From NCBI RefSeq assembly GCF_030028105.1, contig NC_092389.1:56917241-56981240 (forward strand): 64,000 nt of DNA. Direction: 5' to 3'. The stretch's first letter is position 1. Every line of letters starts with the position of its first letter. The position numbers and the translations under genes are program-made. This DNA comes from Mobula birostris. Its lineage: Eukaryota. Under the pieces are notes generated by a model. It made no database searches, had not been told where the DNA came from, and was given only the letters and a program-made list of their open reading frames with translations. This document shows, in pieces, positions 11,040-23,520 of the stretch.

Positions 11040-12515
11040 CTGAGCATGTCCCGTTTGTGTGTGTTTGTCCCACATCCATCTAACCATTTCCTATCTATGT
11101 ACCTGTGTAACTTCATCTTAAAATATTTTAATTTTACCTGTTTCTACAGCATCTGACAGCAAATTCCATCTGCCCACCTCCCTCTCTGTGAGAATGTTAC
11201 CCCACAGATCCCTCATAAAATCTTCCCCACTCACTTTCAATCTGAGCCCTCTGGTTCTGTACTCCTATTTCTCAGAAAAAGACTCACTTTATCTCAGCCC
11301 GTTATGAATGTATTTACCTCGATAAGGGGTCATCCCTCAACATCCTACACTACAGCTAAATAGCCCAAGCTTAACCACTCTCCGCTTTTAATCCAAGCCC
11401 CCCAGTCCTGGTAACATCCTCCTGAATCTTCCTGTCCAGTGTAATGATGCCCAACACGGGTTGACTCTGTGGTTAAAAGGCATACGGTGCACTGGCCTTC
11501 ATCAATCGTGGGATTGAGTTTAACATAGAAACATAGAAACATAGAAAATAGGTGCAGGAGTAGGCCATTCGGACCTTCGAGCCTGCACCGCCATTTATTA
11601 TGATCATGGCTGATTATCCAACTCAGAACCCCGCTCCAGCCTTCCCTCCATACCCCCTGACCCACGTAGCCACAAGGGCCATATCTAACTCCCTCTTAAA
11701 TATAGCCAATGAACTGGCCTCAACAATCTTCCTGCATCTAGCCTGTCCAATCCCTTTAGGATCTTATACGTTTCAATCAGATCCCCCCTCAATCTTCTAA
11801 ATTCCAACGAGTACAAGCCCAGTTCATCCAGTCTTTCTTCATATGAAAGTCTTGCCATCCCAGGAATCAATCTGGTGAACCTTCTTTGTACTCCCTCTAT
11901 GGCAAGGATAAGAACCGAGAGGTAATGTTGCAGCTATATAGGACCCTGGTCAGACCCCACTTGGAGTACTGTGCTCAATCCTGGTCACCTCACTACAACT
12001 ACAGGAAGGACGTGGAAACCAATAGAAAGAGTGCAGAGGAGATTTACACGGATGTTGCCTGTTTTTGCTGGGGGTCGGGGACGGTATGCCTTATGAGAAT
12101 AGGTTGAGTGAACTCGGCCTTTTCTCCTTGGAACGACGGAGGATGAGAGGTGACCTGATAGAGGTGTACAAGATAATGAGAGGCATTGATCGTGTGGACA
12201 GTCAGAGGCTTTTTCCCAGGGCTGAAATGGCTAGCATGAGAGGGCATAGTTTGAAGGTGCTTGGAAGGAGATACAGAGATGTCGGAGGTATGTTTTTTAT
12301 GCAGAGAATGGTGAGTGCGCGGACCGGGCTGCTGGTGGTGGTGCTGCAGCCGGAAACGACAGGGTCTTTTAAGAGACTCATGAATGGCTACATGGAGCTT
12401 ATAAAAATAGAGGATCATGGGTAAGGCCTAGGTAGTTCTAAGGTAGGGACATGTTCGACACAGCTTTGTGGGCCGAAGGGCCTGTATTGTGTTCTATGTT
12501 TTCTGTGTTTCTATC
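11040..12515. mobile_element. Stack of CR1 3' ends: old (-) ~11040-11440; (+) ~11455-12515 interrupted by a young (-) copy at 11523-11905
   Basis: ORFs LYRTLVRPHLEYCAQ and RRRMRGDLIEVYKIM (+), and [27 protein letters not shown] (-); (catagaaa)n and (ctatgttt)n tails. Confidence 0.85.
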
Positions 12516-12589
12516 TTTCACTATATTCGGGGAAGTGGAAATGCAGACAATACCCGAACTGTGGTCTATCATCGACATCAAAGACCTTG

Positions 12590-14585
12590 CTTAAGTTCCT
12601 GTGGACAGTGTCGAATAGGCTGATGAATACAGGACTGAAGGTGTTATATTTGAATGCTCCAGTATACGGAATAAGGTAGATGATGTTGTAGCACAGGTAG
12701 AGATTGGCAGGTATAACGTTGTTGACGTCACTGAGTTGTGGCTGAAAGGAGATGCTGGTTGAAGCCCAACATCCAAGGATACACCTTGTATTCAAAGGAC
12801 AGGCAGGTAGGCAGAGGGGATGGGGAGGCTCTGTTGTAAAAAATGAAATGAAATCCTCAGCGAGAGGTGACATAGGGTTGGAATATGTTGAGTCATTGTG
12901 GGTAGAGTTAAAAACTGCAAGGGTACGAAGACCCTGATGGTAATTATATACAGACCTCCAAATAGTAACCAGGGTCGAAATGGGATACAAATTACACTAG
13001 GAAATGGAAAAAAAATGCAATGTGACAGTCGAAATGGGGGATTTCAACATGGAGGTAGATTGGGAAAATCATGTTGGTGCTGCATCCCAAGAGAGGGAAT
13101 TTGTAGAATGTCCCCAAAATAGCTTTTTAGAACCACTTCTGGTTGAGCCCAATGGGAGAAAGGCAATTCTAGAGTAGAGTTTCTATAGTGATTATGATTT
13201 GGGAGACTAAGGGAAAAGAATCTTTAGGAAGCAGTGATCATAAAATGATAGAATTCATCCTGAAGTTTGAGAGGGAGATAAAGTCAGATGTATTGGTATT
13301 AGAGTGGAGTAAAGTTAGTTACAGAGGCATGAGGGAAGAGCTGACCAAAGTAGATTGGGAGGGGTCACCAGCAGGGATGATTGCAGAACAACAAAGACTG
13401 GAATTTCTGGGGGCAATTTGGATAGATAGATCCCAAAGACGGAGGAGTATTATCAACGGAGGATGTGGCAACCTTGTTTAACAAGGGAAGTCAAAGACAG
13501 CATAAAAGTGAAAGAGAGGGCATACAATAGAGCAAAAATTAGCAGGATGTTGAAGTATTGAGGAGATTTTGATAATCAACAGAAAGCAATTACAAAGCCC
13601 GAAGGAGAGAAAATGAGATATGAGGGAAAGTTTGCCTACAATACTCAAGAGGACACAAAACTCTAAAGAGTAAAAGAGAGGCAAGAGTGGATATTGGACC
13701 CCAAGAAAGTGACACTGGAGAGGAGACATGTGACAAAATACATTGTCGAAGTACTTATTTAATATTTTGTGTCAATCCTCACTGTGGAAGATACCAGCTG
13801 TGTGTCAGAAATGTGAGAGTGTCTGGGGACAGAATTGAGTGTTGTTGATGTTGCTGAGGAGAAAGTGCGTGGGAAGATTGAAGGTCTGAAGGTAGCTGGA
13901 CCAGATGGACTACACCCCAGTGTTCGGAAAGAGTTAGCTGAAGAGAATATGGGGGCATTAGTAATGATCTTTCAGGAATCACTAGATAATTGGACATTCA
14001 AGACGAATGGAAATTGCAAAGGTCACTTCACTCTTTATGACGGGAGAGCAGCTGAGGAAAGAAAATTACAGGTGAGTTAGTCTGGATGTGGTGAGCTTGG
14101 AAAGATGCTGGAGTCCAGTATTAATGGAACTGCTTTTGGGTACATGGAGGCACATGATAAAATAGGGCAAAGACAGCGTGCCTTCCCTGAAGGGGAAATC
14201 TTGCCCGACAAGTCTGTTGGAATTCTTCAAAGAACACAAAGCTGAGATAGACAAAGAATGATTTGGATGACAGAATTGTTGCCTTTGTGGCCAAGTTTGC
14301 AGATGATATGAAGTTAGGTGAAGGGGAAGGTAGTGGTGCAGAAGCTCAGAGTCTGGGGAAGGACAGAGACAGATTCGAAAATGGACAAAGATGTGATAGA
14401 TGGATTATCGAGTAGGGAAGTCGTGCATGCAATTTGGCAGGTGGAATAAAGGCATAGACGATTTTGTAAACAGTGAGAAAATTCAAAAATCAGAGGTGCA
14501 GAAGGGACTTGGGTGTCCTTGTGCAGGATTCCCTAATGGTTAGTTGCAGTTTGAGTCAGTGTTAAGTTCAGCAAGCTCAACAGCT
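12590..14585 (+). mobile_element. Degenerate CR1 ORF2 (endonuclease-RT) fragment
   Basis: ESLWVELK, IYRPPNS, LGSSDHKMI and GPDGLHPSVRKELAE motifs spread across broken frames. Confidence 0.85.
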
Positions 14586-14589
14586 TTTT

Positions 14590-14953
14590 TTATCCTTTTT
14601 TCCCTTCTCTCTCTGTCCCTCTCACAATAACACCTTGCCTGCTCTCCATCTTCCTCTGGTGCTCCCCTCCCCCTTCCTTTCTCGATAAGGTTCCCGTCCC
14701 ACGATCCTCTCCCTTCTTCATCTCTGTATCCCCTTTTGCCAATCAACTGTCCAGCTCTTGGCTCCATCCCTTCCCTTCCTGTCTTCTCCTATCATTTTGG
14801 ATCTCCCCTCCCCCTGCCACTTTCAAATCTCTTACTAGCTCTTCTTTCAGTTAGTCCTGACGAAGGGTCTCGGCCTGAAACGTCGACTGTACTTATTCCT
14901 GTAGATGCTGCCTGGCCTGCTGCATTCACCAGCATTTTGTGTGTGTGTTGCTC
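14590..14953 (+). mobile_element. Penelope-derived non-autonomous element with an intact hammerhead core
   Basis: Pyrimidine-rich body, then the hammerhead, then the tail 'tagatgctgcctggcctgctgcattcaccagcattttgtgtgtgtgttgct'. Confidence 0.8.
14852..14889 (+). ncRNA. Minimal type I hammerhead ribozyme (intact core), sense within TRIM intron 5
   Basis: tagtc-CTGACGA-agg-gtctcgg-cct-GAAA-cGTC-gactg. Stem I tagtc/gactg, stem II agg/cct, palindromic ACGT stem III, GUC cleavage triplet (predicted cut after 14884). Confidence 0.8.
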
Positions 14954-15029
14954 GGCTCCCATTATCACCTTCTTTACTGTTTCGAACCTTCACACTCCCT
15001 CACTTCATACTCACAAATGAATGTTAACA

Positions 15030-15935
15030 TTGAATGAAGGGCCTGTTCCTGTGCTGTACTGTTCTATGTTCCCTGTTCCCTGTTCAGAAGAATGAGAGGA
15101 GATCTCAGGGAAACACAAAATTCCTCCAGGAGTCAACAGGCAGAATAGAGTGAGGATGTTTCCTCTGTCTGATGTGTCAAGGTTCAGGGGTTACTGTCTC
15201 TTTGGGATTTTCTGCACGGCATGGGTGGGAGTGGGCTAACAGACATTCAGTGCATTTAAAATCACAGAGCCATCGTCGTACAGCATAGAAATGTGCCTTT
15301 CGACCCATCACCTTCGTGCTAACCTATTTACCCATCTACATTCATCCCATTGGCCAGCATTAGGTCAGTCTCCTTCTCTGCCTTGCCAATTCAAGTGTCT
15401 GTCCAAGTGTCTCTTAAACACAGAGGACTGGAGGCCTGTGACCTGCAGAGGTCGGTGCTGGGGCTGGGGTTGTATGTCATTCCTATTTATGATTTGGATG
15501 ATAATGTCGGTGACATAGTTAGGAGGTTTGTTAATGACACTAAAATTCATGGTATAGTGGACAGGGAAGAGGGTTATCTCTGTTTACACCGGGCCCTTGA
15601 TCAACTGTAGAGATGGGTACAGGGAGAATGTTTTAAAATACATCTTGGCAGGGACGTGGATAAGAAAAGGTGAAAGGAATAATGGGCAAATGGGACTAGC
15701 TCACTAGAGCAAGTTGGTCAGCACAAACGAGTTGGGCCGATGGGCCTCCGTGACCTCCAGTTTAAATCTATTCACCCACCCCTTTCCCATCTTAATCCAC
15801 CCCTTTCCTGCACTCGTTTCTGCTGTCTATTTATTTCTATCCTTGAGGGAAGATGTCGACCTGAACCGTAGACTGTCCATCTCTCTCCACACCTCCTGCC
15901 TGACCCGCTCGGTTCCTGCAGCATTTTGTGTCTGT
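15030..15935. mobile_element. Mixed short CR1 fragments and a degenerate Penelope/hammerhead tail (~15770-15935)
   Basis: CR1 RT remnant (IYDLDDNV..RFVNDTKI) and the tail 'ctgcctgacccgctcggttcctgcagcattttgtg'. Confidence 0.6.
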
Positions 15936-16072
15936 TTGATCGGGAAATCTCTGCTCTCCGTCCAGCAGAAAGTCCTTGGGGAGACATTAGTTGTCCACCC
16001 GGTTTCGTTCGGTCAAACCACGGGAAAGGTTCGTGTCGGCCACCAGACCGCGCCTGAGGCCTAGCGGCCTTT

Positions 16073-16225
16073 CCCCCGATCTCCGGGGCCGCGCTGCCCG
16101 AGTCGCCCCCCGATCCCCGGGGCCGCGCTGCCCGAGTCTCCCCCCGATCCCCGGGGCCACGCTGCCCGAGTCTCCCCCCAATCCCCGGGGCCGCGCTGCC
16201 CGAGTCTCCCCCCGGTCCTCGGGGA
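16073..16225. repeat. GC-rich minisatellite, ~4.5 x 34 bp, just upstream of the SPRY exon acceptor
   Basis: Unit 'cccccgatccccggggccgcgctgcccgagtctc' starts at 16073, 16107, 16141, 16175 and 16209 (partial). Confidence 0.92.
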
Positions 16226-16253
16226 CTCTCTAATTCTCTGCTTCTCCCCCCAG

Positions 16254-16798
16254 TCTCTGTCACCCTGGATGTGGAAACGGCGAATCCGTGTCTCGAGGTG
16301 TCTGAGGATCGGAAGAGTGTGAGATGGACCGAGACCAGGAGGAATCTCCCTGACACCGGGAAGAGATTCACAAACAGGGCTTGTGTGCTGGGATCAATGG
16401 GATTCACATCGGGGAGACATTACTGGGAGGTGGAGGTGACGGGGAATCGGGACTGGTGTCTGGGAGTCGCCGCAGAGTCTGTGGAGAGGAAGGGACGGGT
16501 CGGACTGAGTCCGGAGACCGGATTCTGGGTCATCGCGCGGGTTGATGACGTGTTACATCGGGATTGTGACGTGATCATCTCCCCTGAGTCCCGTCTCCCT
16601 GCCGGTCCCATCCCCGGGAGGGTGGGAGTTTATCTCAGTTACCCGTCCGGGACAGTTTCAGTTTACAACGCGGAGACCAAGTCCCATCTCCACACCTTCA
16701 CTGGGAATAAATTCACGGGGAAACTTTATCCTTTCTTCATGACTTGGGATGGAAACCGGTGGCTGAGAATCTACTCCGGTTCCGCTCCGGGTCTGTAA
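16254..16798 (+). CDS. TRIM coding exon 6: PRY/SPRY (B30.2) domain
   Basis: ccccag|(V)SVTLDVETANPCLEVSEDRKSV..RFTNRACVLGS.GFTSGRHYWEVEV..WCLGVA..GRVGVYL..HLHTF..KLYPFF..stop. AATAAA at 16866-16871. Confidence 0.93.
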
Positions 16799-16995
16799 AC
16801 GGGTCGGGTCCCGGGACCGGCGTCAGGAGTAAAGTCCCTTGTAAATATAAATGTGTGGAGAGTGAAATAAACACGAGATGAGAATTATCGATCCGTTAAT
16901 TTTAACTCGTTCACCACATCCGACAACGGAACAGAAACACCGCGGATTCAGCCGCAGCCGCGGGGCGGCGGGTTCTGAGCTCCCCCGGGTCCTAC

Positions 16996-17110
16996 AGTCC
17001 ACCTGCACTGAGACAGGTTAAATGTGACCAGTGGGGCGGTGCTGACTGGGAAAGTCCACCCGCACTGAGACTGGTTAAATGTGACAAGTGGGGCGGTGCT
17101 GACAGGAAAA
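16996..17110. repeat. Two tandem copies of a ~57-bp unit downstream of the TRIM polyA signal
   Basis: 'gtccacctgcactgagacaggttaaatgtgaccagtggggcggtgctgac' occurs twice with few mismatches. Confidence 0.8.
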
Positions 17111-18410
17111 GACAGTGAAGATTGATACAAAGTGTTCATTAAGTTCATCTGACATTTCTTTGTCCCCATCACTACCTCACCAGCATCATTTTCCAATCCA
17201 ATATCAACTCTCATCTCCCTTTCACTCTTCATGTAACTGAAAATGAACTTTTAGTATACTGCTTTATGTTATTGGCTAGTTTGCCTCATATTTCATCTTT
17301 AACATTCTTATGGCTTTTTTGTTGCCTTTTAGCAACATCGAAACATAGAAAATAGGTGCAGGAGTAGACCATTCGGCCCCTCGAGCCTGCACCGCCATTT
17401 ATTATGATCATGGCTGATCATCCAACGCAGAACCCCTCCATACCCCCTGATCCCCGTAGCCACAAGGGCCATATCTAACTCCCTCTTAAATATAGCCAAT
17501 GAACTGGCCTCTACTGTTTCCTGTGGCAGAGAATTCCACAGATTCACCACTCTCTGTGTGAAGAAGTTTTTCCTAATCTCGGTCCTGAAAGGCTTCCCCT
17601 TTATCCTCAAACTGTCACCCCTCGTTCTGGACTTTCCCAACATTGGGAACAATCTTCCTGCATCTAGCCTGTCCAATCCCTTTAGGATTTTATACGTTTC
17701 AATCAGATCCCCCTCAATCTTCTAAATCCCAACGAGTATAAGCCTAGTTCATCCAGTCTTTCTTCATATGAAAGTCCTGCCATCCCAGGAATCAATCTGG
17801 TGAACCTTCTTTGTACTCCCTCTAGATTTTAAGAGCATCCCAATAATCCAACATCCCACGCACCTTTGCTCCCTTATATGCCATTTGCTTAGGTAATACA
17901 CAGTCCTTAACTTCCCTTGTCAGCCATGGATTCCCACCGCTGCCATCTGAGAAATTCTTCTGTGGGACATGTCTCTCCTGTGCCTTGTATTCTATTCCTA
18001 GATACGTCAGCCACCTCTGTTCAGCCATCATCCCCGCAGTATCCCTCTCCAATTCACCTGGGCAAGCTCCTCTCTCATGCCTTTGTAATTCCCTGTATTC
18101 CATTGTGAGACTGATACATGTGACTTGGGCTTCTCCCTCTCAAATTGCAGAATTAATTCAATTATATTATAATCACTGCCTCCGAACGGTTGCTTTACTT
18201 TCAGCTCCTGGAGATGATCAGGGTTAGTACACAACACCCAATCTTAGATGGCCTTTCCCACAAGTAGGCCCAAACACAAGCTGCTTTACAAAGCCATCTC
18301 GTCGGCATTCAACAAATGCCCTATCGTGATCTAACAACAACCTGATTTTCCCAACCCTTTGCATATTGATGTCCCCAATATAATTGTGACGCTACCGTTA
18401 TTATATGCCT
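17110..18410 (-). mobile_element. Degenerate CR1 ORF2 (-) with a young CR1 3' end inserted at ~17335-17823
   Basis: Minus ORFs GGSDYNIIE and NPWLTREVKD; near-intact FFTQRVVNLWNSLPQ. The insert is almost identical to 11523-11905. Confidence 0.85.
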
Positions 18411-19029
18411 TTGCCCGTTCAATACTGTGAATTAATTTAAAGTCAGTCCCTTAACTTAATAAAGTTTTTATCTGAAAACCACCAACCCCACCAAAGATTG
18501 TACTGGAGACTGCATTTGATTTTTTTTCAGCCATATCTGCTTCACACTGAAATAGTATGTGTTTACCAGTTTCATAATGACAAAATGTACACGACACAGA
18601 ATGATGTTTTCCAGTTAGATACAAGGCATAATTAAACATCATGTGGGCATTTCTAAGTCGTGTCAATATCATTTCTTCCATTCTTATTTTTGGCCCTTCT
18701 TCCATAAACCCGATTGGTTTATGTATTCCGTGAAGGTGCCTGTCCTGTATCCTACAAGTCTTGCCATAAGTCCCTAACTCTTAACACTACTAACCCCTAA
18801 GCTAAGATTTGCTAAGTGGAAGGTCTATATCCACAGTTGAACTTTTAACAGGTTGTGTTGCTAAACAGTCAACCCCATCATTTCCCTCACCAGTGTGATG
18901 TGCAGGGCCCATAAGGTGCAGACACATAAACCAAATTTGTATATGAAATACTGCTTGACGAGGTCCCAACAGTCAATCTGACCTACTGCTAGAATGACCT
19001 GTTTGATGGCTCATCAAACCCTTTTCTTG

Positions 19030-20095
19030 CTTTTTAAATCTTTTTATTAATTATTATTGAAAATGAACAACAGAGAAAAACACATCAAAATAATCAAGAT
19101 AACATATCCATATGTACAGTAAAATTTAAATTATCAACCAGGCTAAACAGAAAAGCAATAATAATCAAAAAACAAAGTATTAAATCTTTATTTTTTTATG
19201 GAAAAAAGGAAAGAAGGAATAAAAAGGAACCCCTACTAACTAAAGCAGAGAAAACCCCTAATAACTAAAAAAAAAAGGGAAAACCCCATTTGGAGCACAA
19301 CCCCGGAGCTTTGCGCCATACAAGCTTCCATAAAAAAAAGACATCAAACCACCAACCAAATTCATATAACCAAGCATCAGAAAAGGACCATCTTAATTAA
19401 CTCAAGTCAAATGATAATAACGGGCAAAAGAGCCACACCTTTTCTCAAAGTCAAATTTAGGATCAAAAGTTCCACTTCTAATTTTTTCCAAACTAAGACA
19501 TAAAATCACCTGAAAGAACCATTGTATCAAAGTGGGAGCAGAGGCATCATTCCATTTTAATAAAATAGCCCTTCTAGCCAATAATGTGACAAATGCAATT
19601 ACATACTGGTCAGATATAGAAATACCGTGAACATGTTGAGGAATTATACCAAACAAAACTGTCAATTTATTAGGTTGAAAATTGACTCTTAAAGCTTTAG
19701 AGATTATAGAAAAAATGGATTTCCAAAATTGTTTCAATACAGAACACGACCAAAACATATGTGTCAATGTAGCTATCTCAGTTTTGCATCTATCACACTG
19801 ATTATTTACATTAGGAAAAATTTTAGACAATCTCTCCTTCATCAAATAATAACAATGTACAATTTTACATTGAATTAGATAATGACTGGCACAAAATTCA
19901 CAACCAATCCTCTGAGATCAAGGTCATATTAAGCTCTCTTTCCCAATCTTACTTGATGTTAAGGAAAGGAGAATTGTCCTGTTGTAATAGCAAATTATAA
20001 ATTTTCCCAATGAAGCCTTTCACGAAAGGGTTCATTTTTAAAATAAGGTAAGAATCTTGTATATATGGAAAATTACTTAAATATTCTTGTAAAAG
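19030..20095 (-). mobile_element. L1-clade LINE 3' fragment
   Basis: ORF 19402-19845 has the L1 ORF2 C-terminal CCHC (CDRC..ATLTHMFWSC..FW). A T-rich 3' UTR and AATAAA follow on the minus strand. Confidence 0.85.
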
Positions 20096-20502
20096 ATGTC
20101 TGACCTGAAGATATTGCAAAAACCTTCAAACCCGAAAAGGATTCTGAACAAATTACAAGTTTGTAAGCAACAATTTCCTCCACCCACTGTAATGATGACA
20201 AAGAATTCTGCTTCCTATACCCATAAATGGCTGGTAAGTGATTTCTTTATCATTGCCTGCAATTCAGACACACAGAAAAAAGAAAACAATCACACTAACA
20301 TTCCCAGTTAAATTATGTTTCAATCCATCTGTAAAAATGGTTACTGTATGATAGTAACTGTCATTAATATACTCATGAACCAACAGACTCTCAGGCAGAA
20401 CAGAGTCCACTTGTGTAACCTAAAATTAACTACAGTCATTGAGAAAAAAACACAAAATGGGGTTAAGGAGAAAGCTACAGTGGGACATATCGTATCATCC
20501 AA

Positions 20503-21312
20503 TAGTCATAGTCATAGTCATACTTTATTGATCCCGGGGGAAATTGGTTTTTGTTACAGTTGCACCATAAATAATAAATAGTAATAAAACCATAAATAGT
20601 TAAATAGTAATATGTAAATTATGCCAGTAAACTATGAAGTAAGTCCAGGACCAGCCTATTGGCTCAGGGTGTCTGACCCTCCAGGGGAGGAGTTGTGAAG
20701 TTTGATGGCCACAGGCAGGAATAACTTCCTATGACGCTCTGTGCTACATCTCGGTGGAATGAGTCTCTGGCTGAATGTACTCCTGTGCCCACCCAGTACA
20801 TTATGTAGTGGATGGGAGACATTGTCCAAGAGGGCATGCAACTTGGACAACATCCTCTTTTCAGACACCACCATGAGAGAGTCCAGTTCCATCCCCACAA
20901 CATCACTGGCCTTACGAATGAGTTTGTTGATTCTGCTGGTGTCTGCTACCCTCAGCCTGCTGCCCCAGCACACAACAGCAAACATGATCGCACTGGCCAC
21001 CACAGACTCGTAGAACATCCTCAGCATCGTCCGGCAGATGTTAAAGGACCTCAGTCTCCTCAGGAAATAGAGACGGCTCTGACCCTTCTTGTAGACTGCC
21101 TCAGTGTTCTTTGACCAGTCCAGTTTATTGTCAATTCGTATCCCCAGGTATTTGTAATCCTCCACCATGTCCGCACTGACCCCCTGGATGGAAACAGGGG
21201 TCACCGGTATCTTAGCTCTCCTCAGGTCTACCACCAGCTCCTTAGTCTTTTTCACATTAAGCGACAGATAATTCTGCTCACACCATGCGACAAAGTTTCC
21301 TACCGTCGCCCT
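20503..21312 (-). mobile_element. Young Rex1/Babar LINE 3' portion (uninterrupted RT C-terminus)
   Basis: WCEQNYLSLNVKKTKELVVD..YKYLG..KGQSRLYFLRRLRSF..TERHRKLFLPVAIKL; (tatgac)n tail with AATAAA. Confidence 0.92.
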
Positions 21313-23179
21313 GTATTCAAGGTTACACCTGAGTACAGTACACCCAACAATACACCCATGTTCCCAGCGTGATATGAACCCAGCCATCTAAAACTGAAAA
21401 CCAAATGTCCTCTAGCACAGGATGATAATTTCTTTGCACTCTCAAATTAATCCAATTTGTTAACATCAGCTTCAACCTCTGTCACTGGAAGGGCAATTGT
21501 CCCATTTCAGCCAGTAAAGCCGAAACAAGGGACGACTTTACTGCACCACAGCAAAATCTTAAAGCCTGTGCTCGTATCACACCCAAGTATTTTAAAGTTG
21601 AATATGAAACTGATCCATAAGCCACACAGCCAGAATCAAGAACAGATTGAATTAAACAAATATAAATGGTCAACTAAGATTTTAATGTTGCGCTCCAAGA
21701 ATACCCACACAGATGCCTGAGGATATTTAATGCTCCTTTACATTTATCAATTATTTTACTGATATGGTGCTTCCATGTCAGCTTATTATCCACCCACATG
21801 CCTGGAAATCTCACCACTGACATATTTTCAGGAGTTTGACCGTATAATTTCAAATCAAGTGCAGGTCTATTAATCCTGTTTGTAAGACACATAACGTGTT
21901 TTAGTGACTGAAAACTTTAAATCTTCATCTATTTGCCCACTGTTTGACCTATTAATTGTAAATTTCATCCTATTTGCAGTAAAATTGAAATGCTACCTCT
22001 AATCTATAAAGCTATATCATCTGTATAAAGTGATTAACCCAGCATACCCATCTCAGAGAAAATGCCATTAATCATAATATTAAATAATGAAGGGCTAAAA
22101 TACTGCTTAATGGGGTCAAATTTTCCATCTCATAGAAACACAAACATAACATGCCCACCTGTACCCGCTCAGTCCGTCCAAATAAACTCAGATAAATTAT
22201 GCAATCTCCCCTCACTCCTAATTTCCAAATTTCAATCAAAAATCCTTCCATAACATATCATATGTATTTACAATATTAACATACTGCTATTACAACATCT
22301 TTATTTAGCCGTGCTTTCCTATAATCATCTTCCAAACCTAAAACTCATTCCAATGTCATTCTATCCTTCCAAAATCCACTCCAATAAAACACTATATCAT
22401 CTCTCTTTCCAAAATAGAACTGAAGCGCTCGATTACCAGACATTCCATCAGTTTACATAAATGAGGCATTAACAATATAGGCCATAACTAGAAAGATCAA
22501 ACTGGGATCTGCCAGGTTTCAGTACAGGCAATCCTGCTGCCATATTCCATGAGGGAGGGAGATGGCCCAATCTCTAAACACGATTCAAAAATGTTAATAT
22601 TTTCACAAAAGAGAGTTACATACAGCTACAATTACATATATCACCCTTTCCTGGGGATGTCTGACTTGCATTAACAATACTTTTAAAATTTGTACAAAGA
22701 AAACTCTACGTCAATGATACTATCATTGATACAACTGACTTCCAACACATCAGGGTATTCACTTAGAAACATATCCCAACGTTGTTTAACTTCACTTAAA
22801 TTATCTTGATTAAGAATGACAGCAGATGACCCAGAGAGTAACACAACCTTCCCTGTTTCAATAAAAATCATTTTGCCCTCATTAATCAATCCTGAAATAT
22901 TAATATCATTTTAAATCCCCCCATTTTCTAAATCATACCCCAAACAACTCCAAGTTAAATATCCCTTCAAATATTATGTCAATATGACTTCCAGTAAATC
23001 ACATCCTTCCTCACCACGACCTGCGCCCTTTTTTTCTTAATAGTGTCACTTGCAGACGGATGCATCATCACATTAAAAACTTACATTTCTCCCAATTTGC
23101 TTTACCAAATACTCCACCTCCTACAAGTGGCATCCCATCCCCGATATGAATCCAAACTCAAGCTCATAAAGACAGGAAG

Positions 23180-23520
23180 GCTGACTGACGTTCATATTAA
23201 CTAATCACCGTGTGAGTTCTCATTTGACCGACACGCATTACAGCCAATGACAGAGGGGCTCAGAGGCGGGTCTGATCTACGTTAGGCTGGTGGAAATCTG
23301 CCCCATGTTCAGCCCCTGCTGCTCCTCTCCATCGCCATGGCGGAGTTAAGCGAGCCGCTGCGGTCGGTGGTCGCCGGTCTCGGCACCCACAGGGACGGAT
23401 GCGGTTCTCCTCCGACGCCTCGGTGAGTCCATTCCGGTGATGTCTGTGGTGGCTGAGAAACAAAATGCAGGGAGTTAGCGGGGAGGAAGGCCTATGACTA
23501 CAACTCCCAGAAGACCCCGC
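23180..23520 (+). promoter_or_regulatory. CpG-rich promoter-like island with a candidate first exon (ATG 23337, donor after 23422)
   Basis: CCAAT (~23244), GC box 'gaggcggg', Kozak 'gccATGG', 'CG|gtgagt' donor, and the ZNF143/THAP11-type motif ACTACAACTCCCAG at 23497-23510. Confidence 0.55.

Larger units (their letters stand above)
2560..16798 (+). pseudogene. TRIM E3 ligase gene (RING-B-box2-coiled coil-PRY/SPRY; TRIM39/A33/NF7-like class), probable pseudogene, ~475 aa if repaired
   Basis: Six coding exons: 2560-2970, 3538-3633 (96 bp), 4052-4285 (234 bp), 6202-6224 (23 bp), 6312-6430 (119 bp), 16254-16798. Phases are compatible and the size pattern is typical of B30.2 TRIMs. In-frame TGA at 2923-2925; exon-4 donor reads GA instead of GT. 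Confidence 0.85.
18420..23100 (-). mobile_element. Old Nimb/I-group-like LINE (RT, RNase H, CCHC), fragmented by nested L1 and Rex1
   Basis: ILTRLRNAH..GKHHSVSCTFCHYETGKHILFQC (C-terminus), IYICLIQSVLDSGCVAYGS..ALRFCCGAVKSS..ALLAEMG, and GMWVDNKLTWKHHI. Confidence 0.65.
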
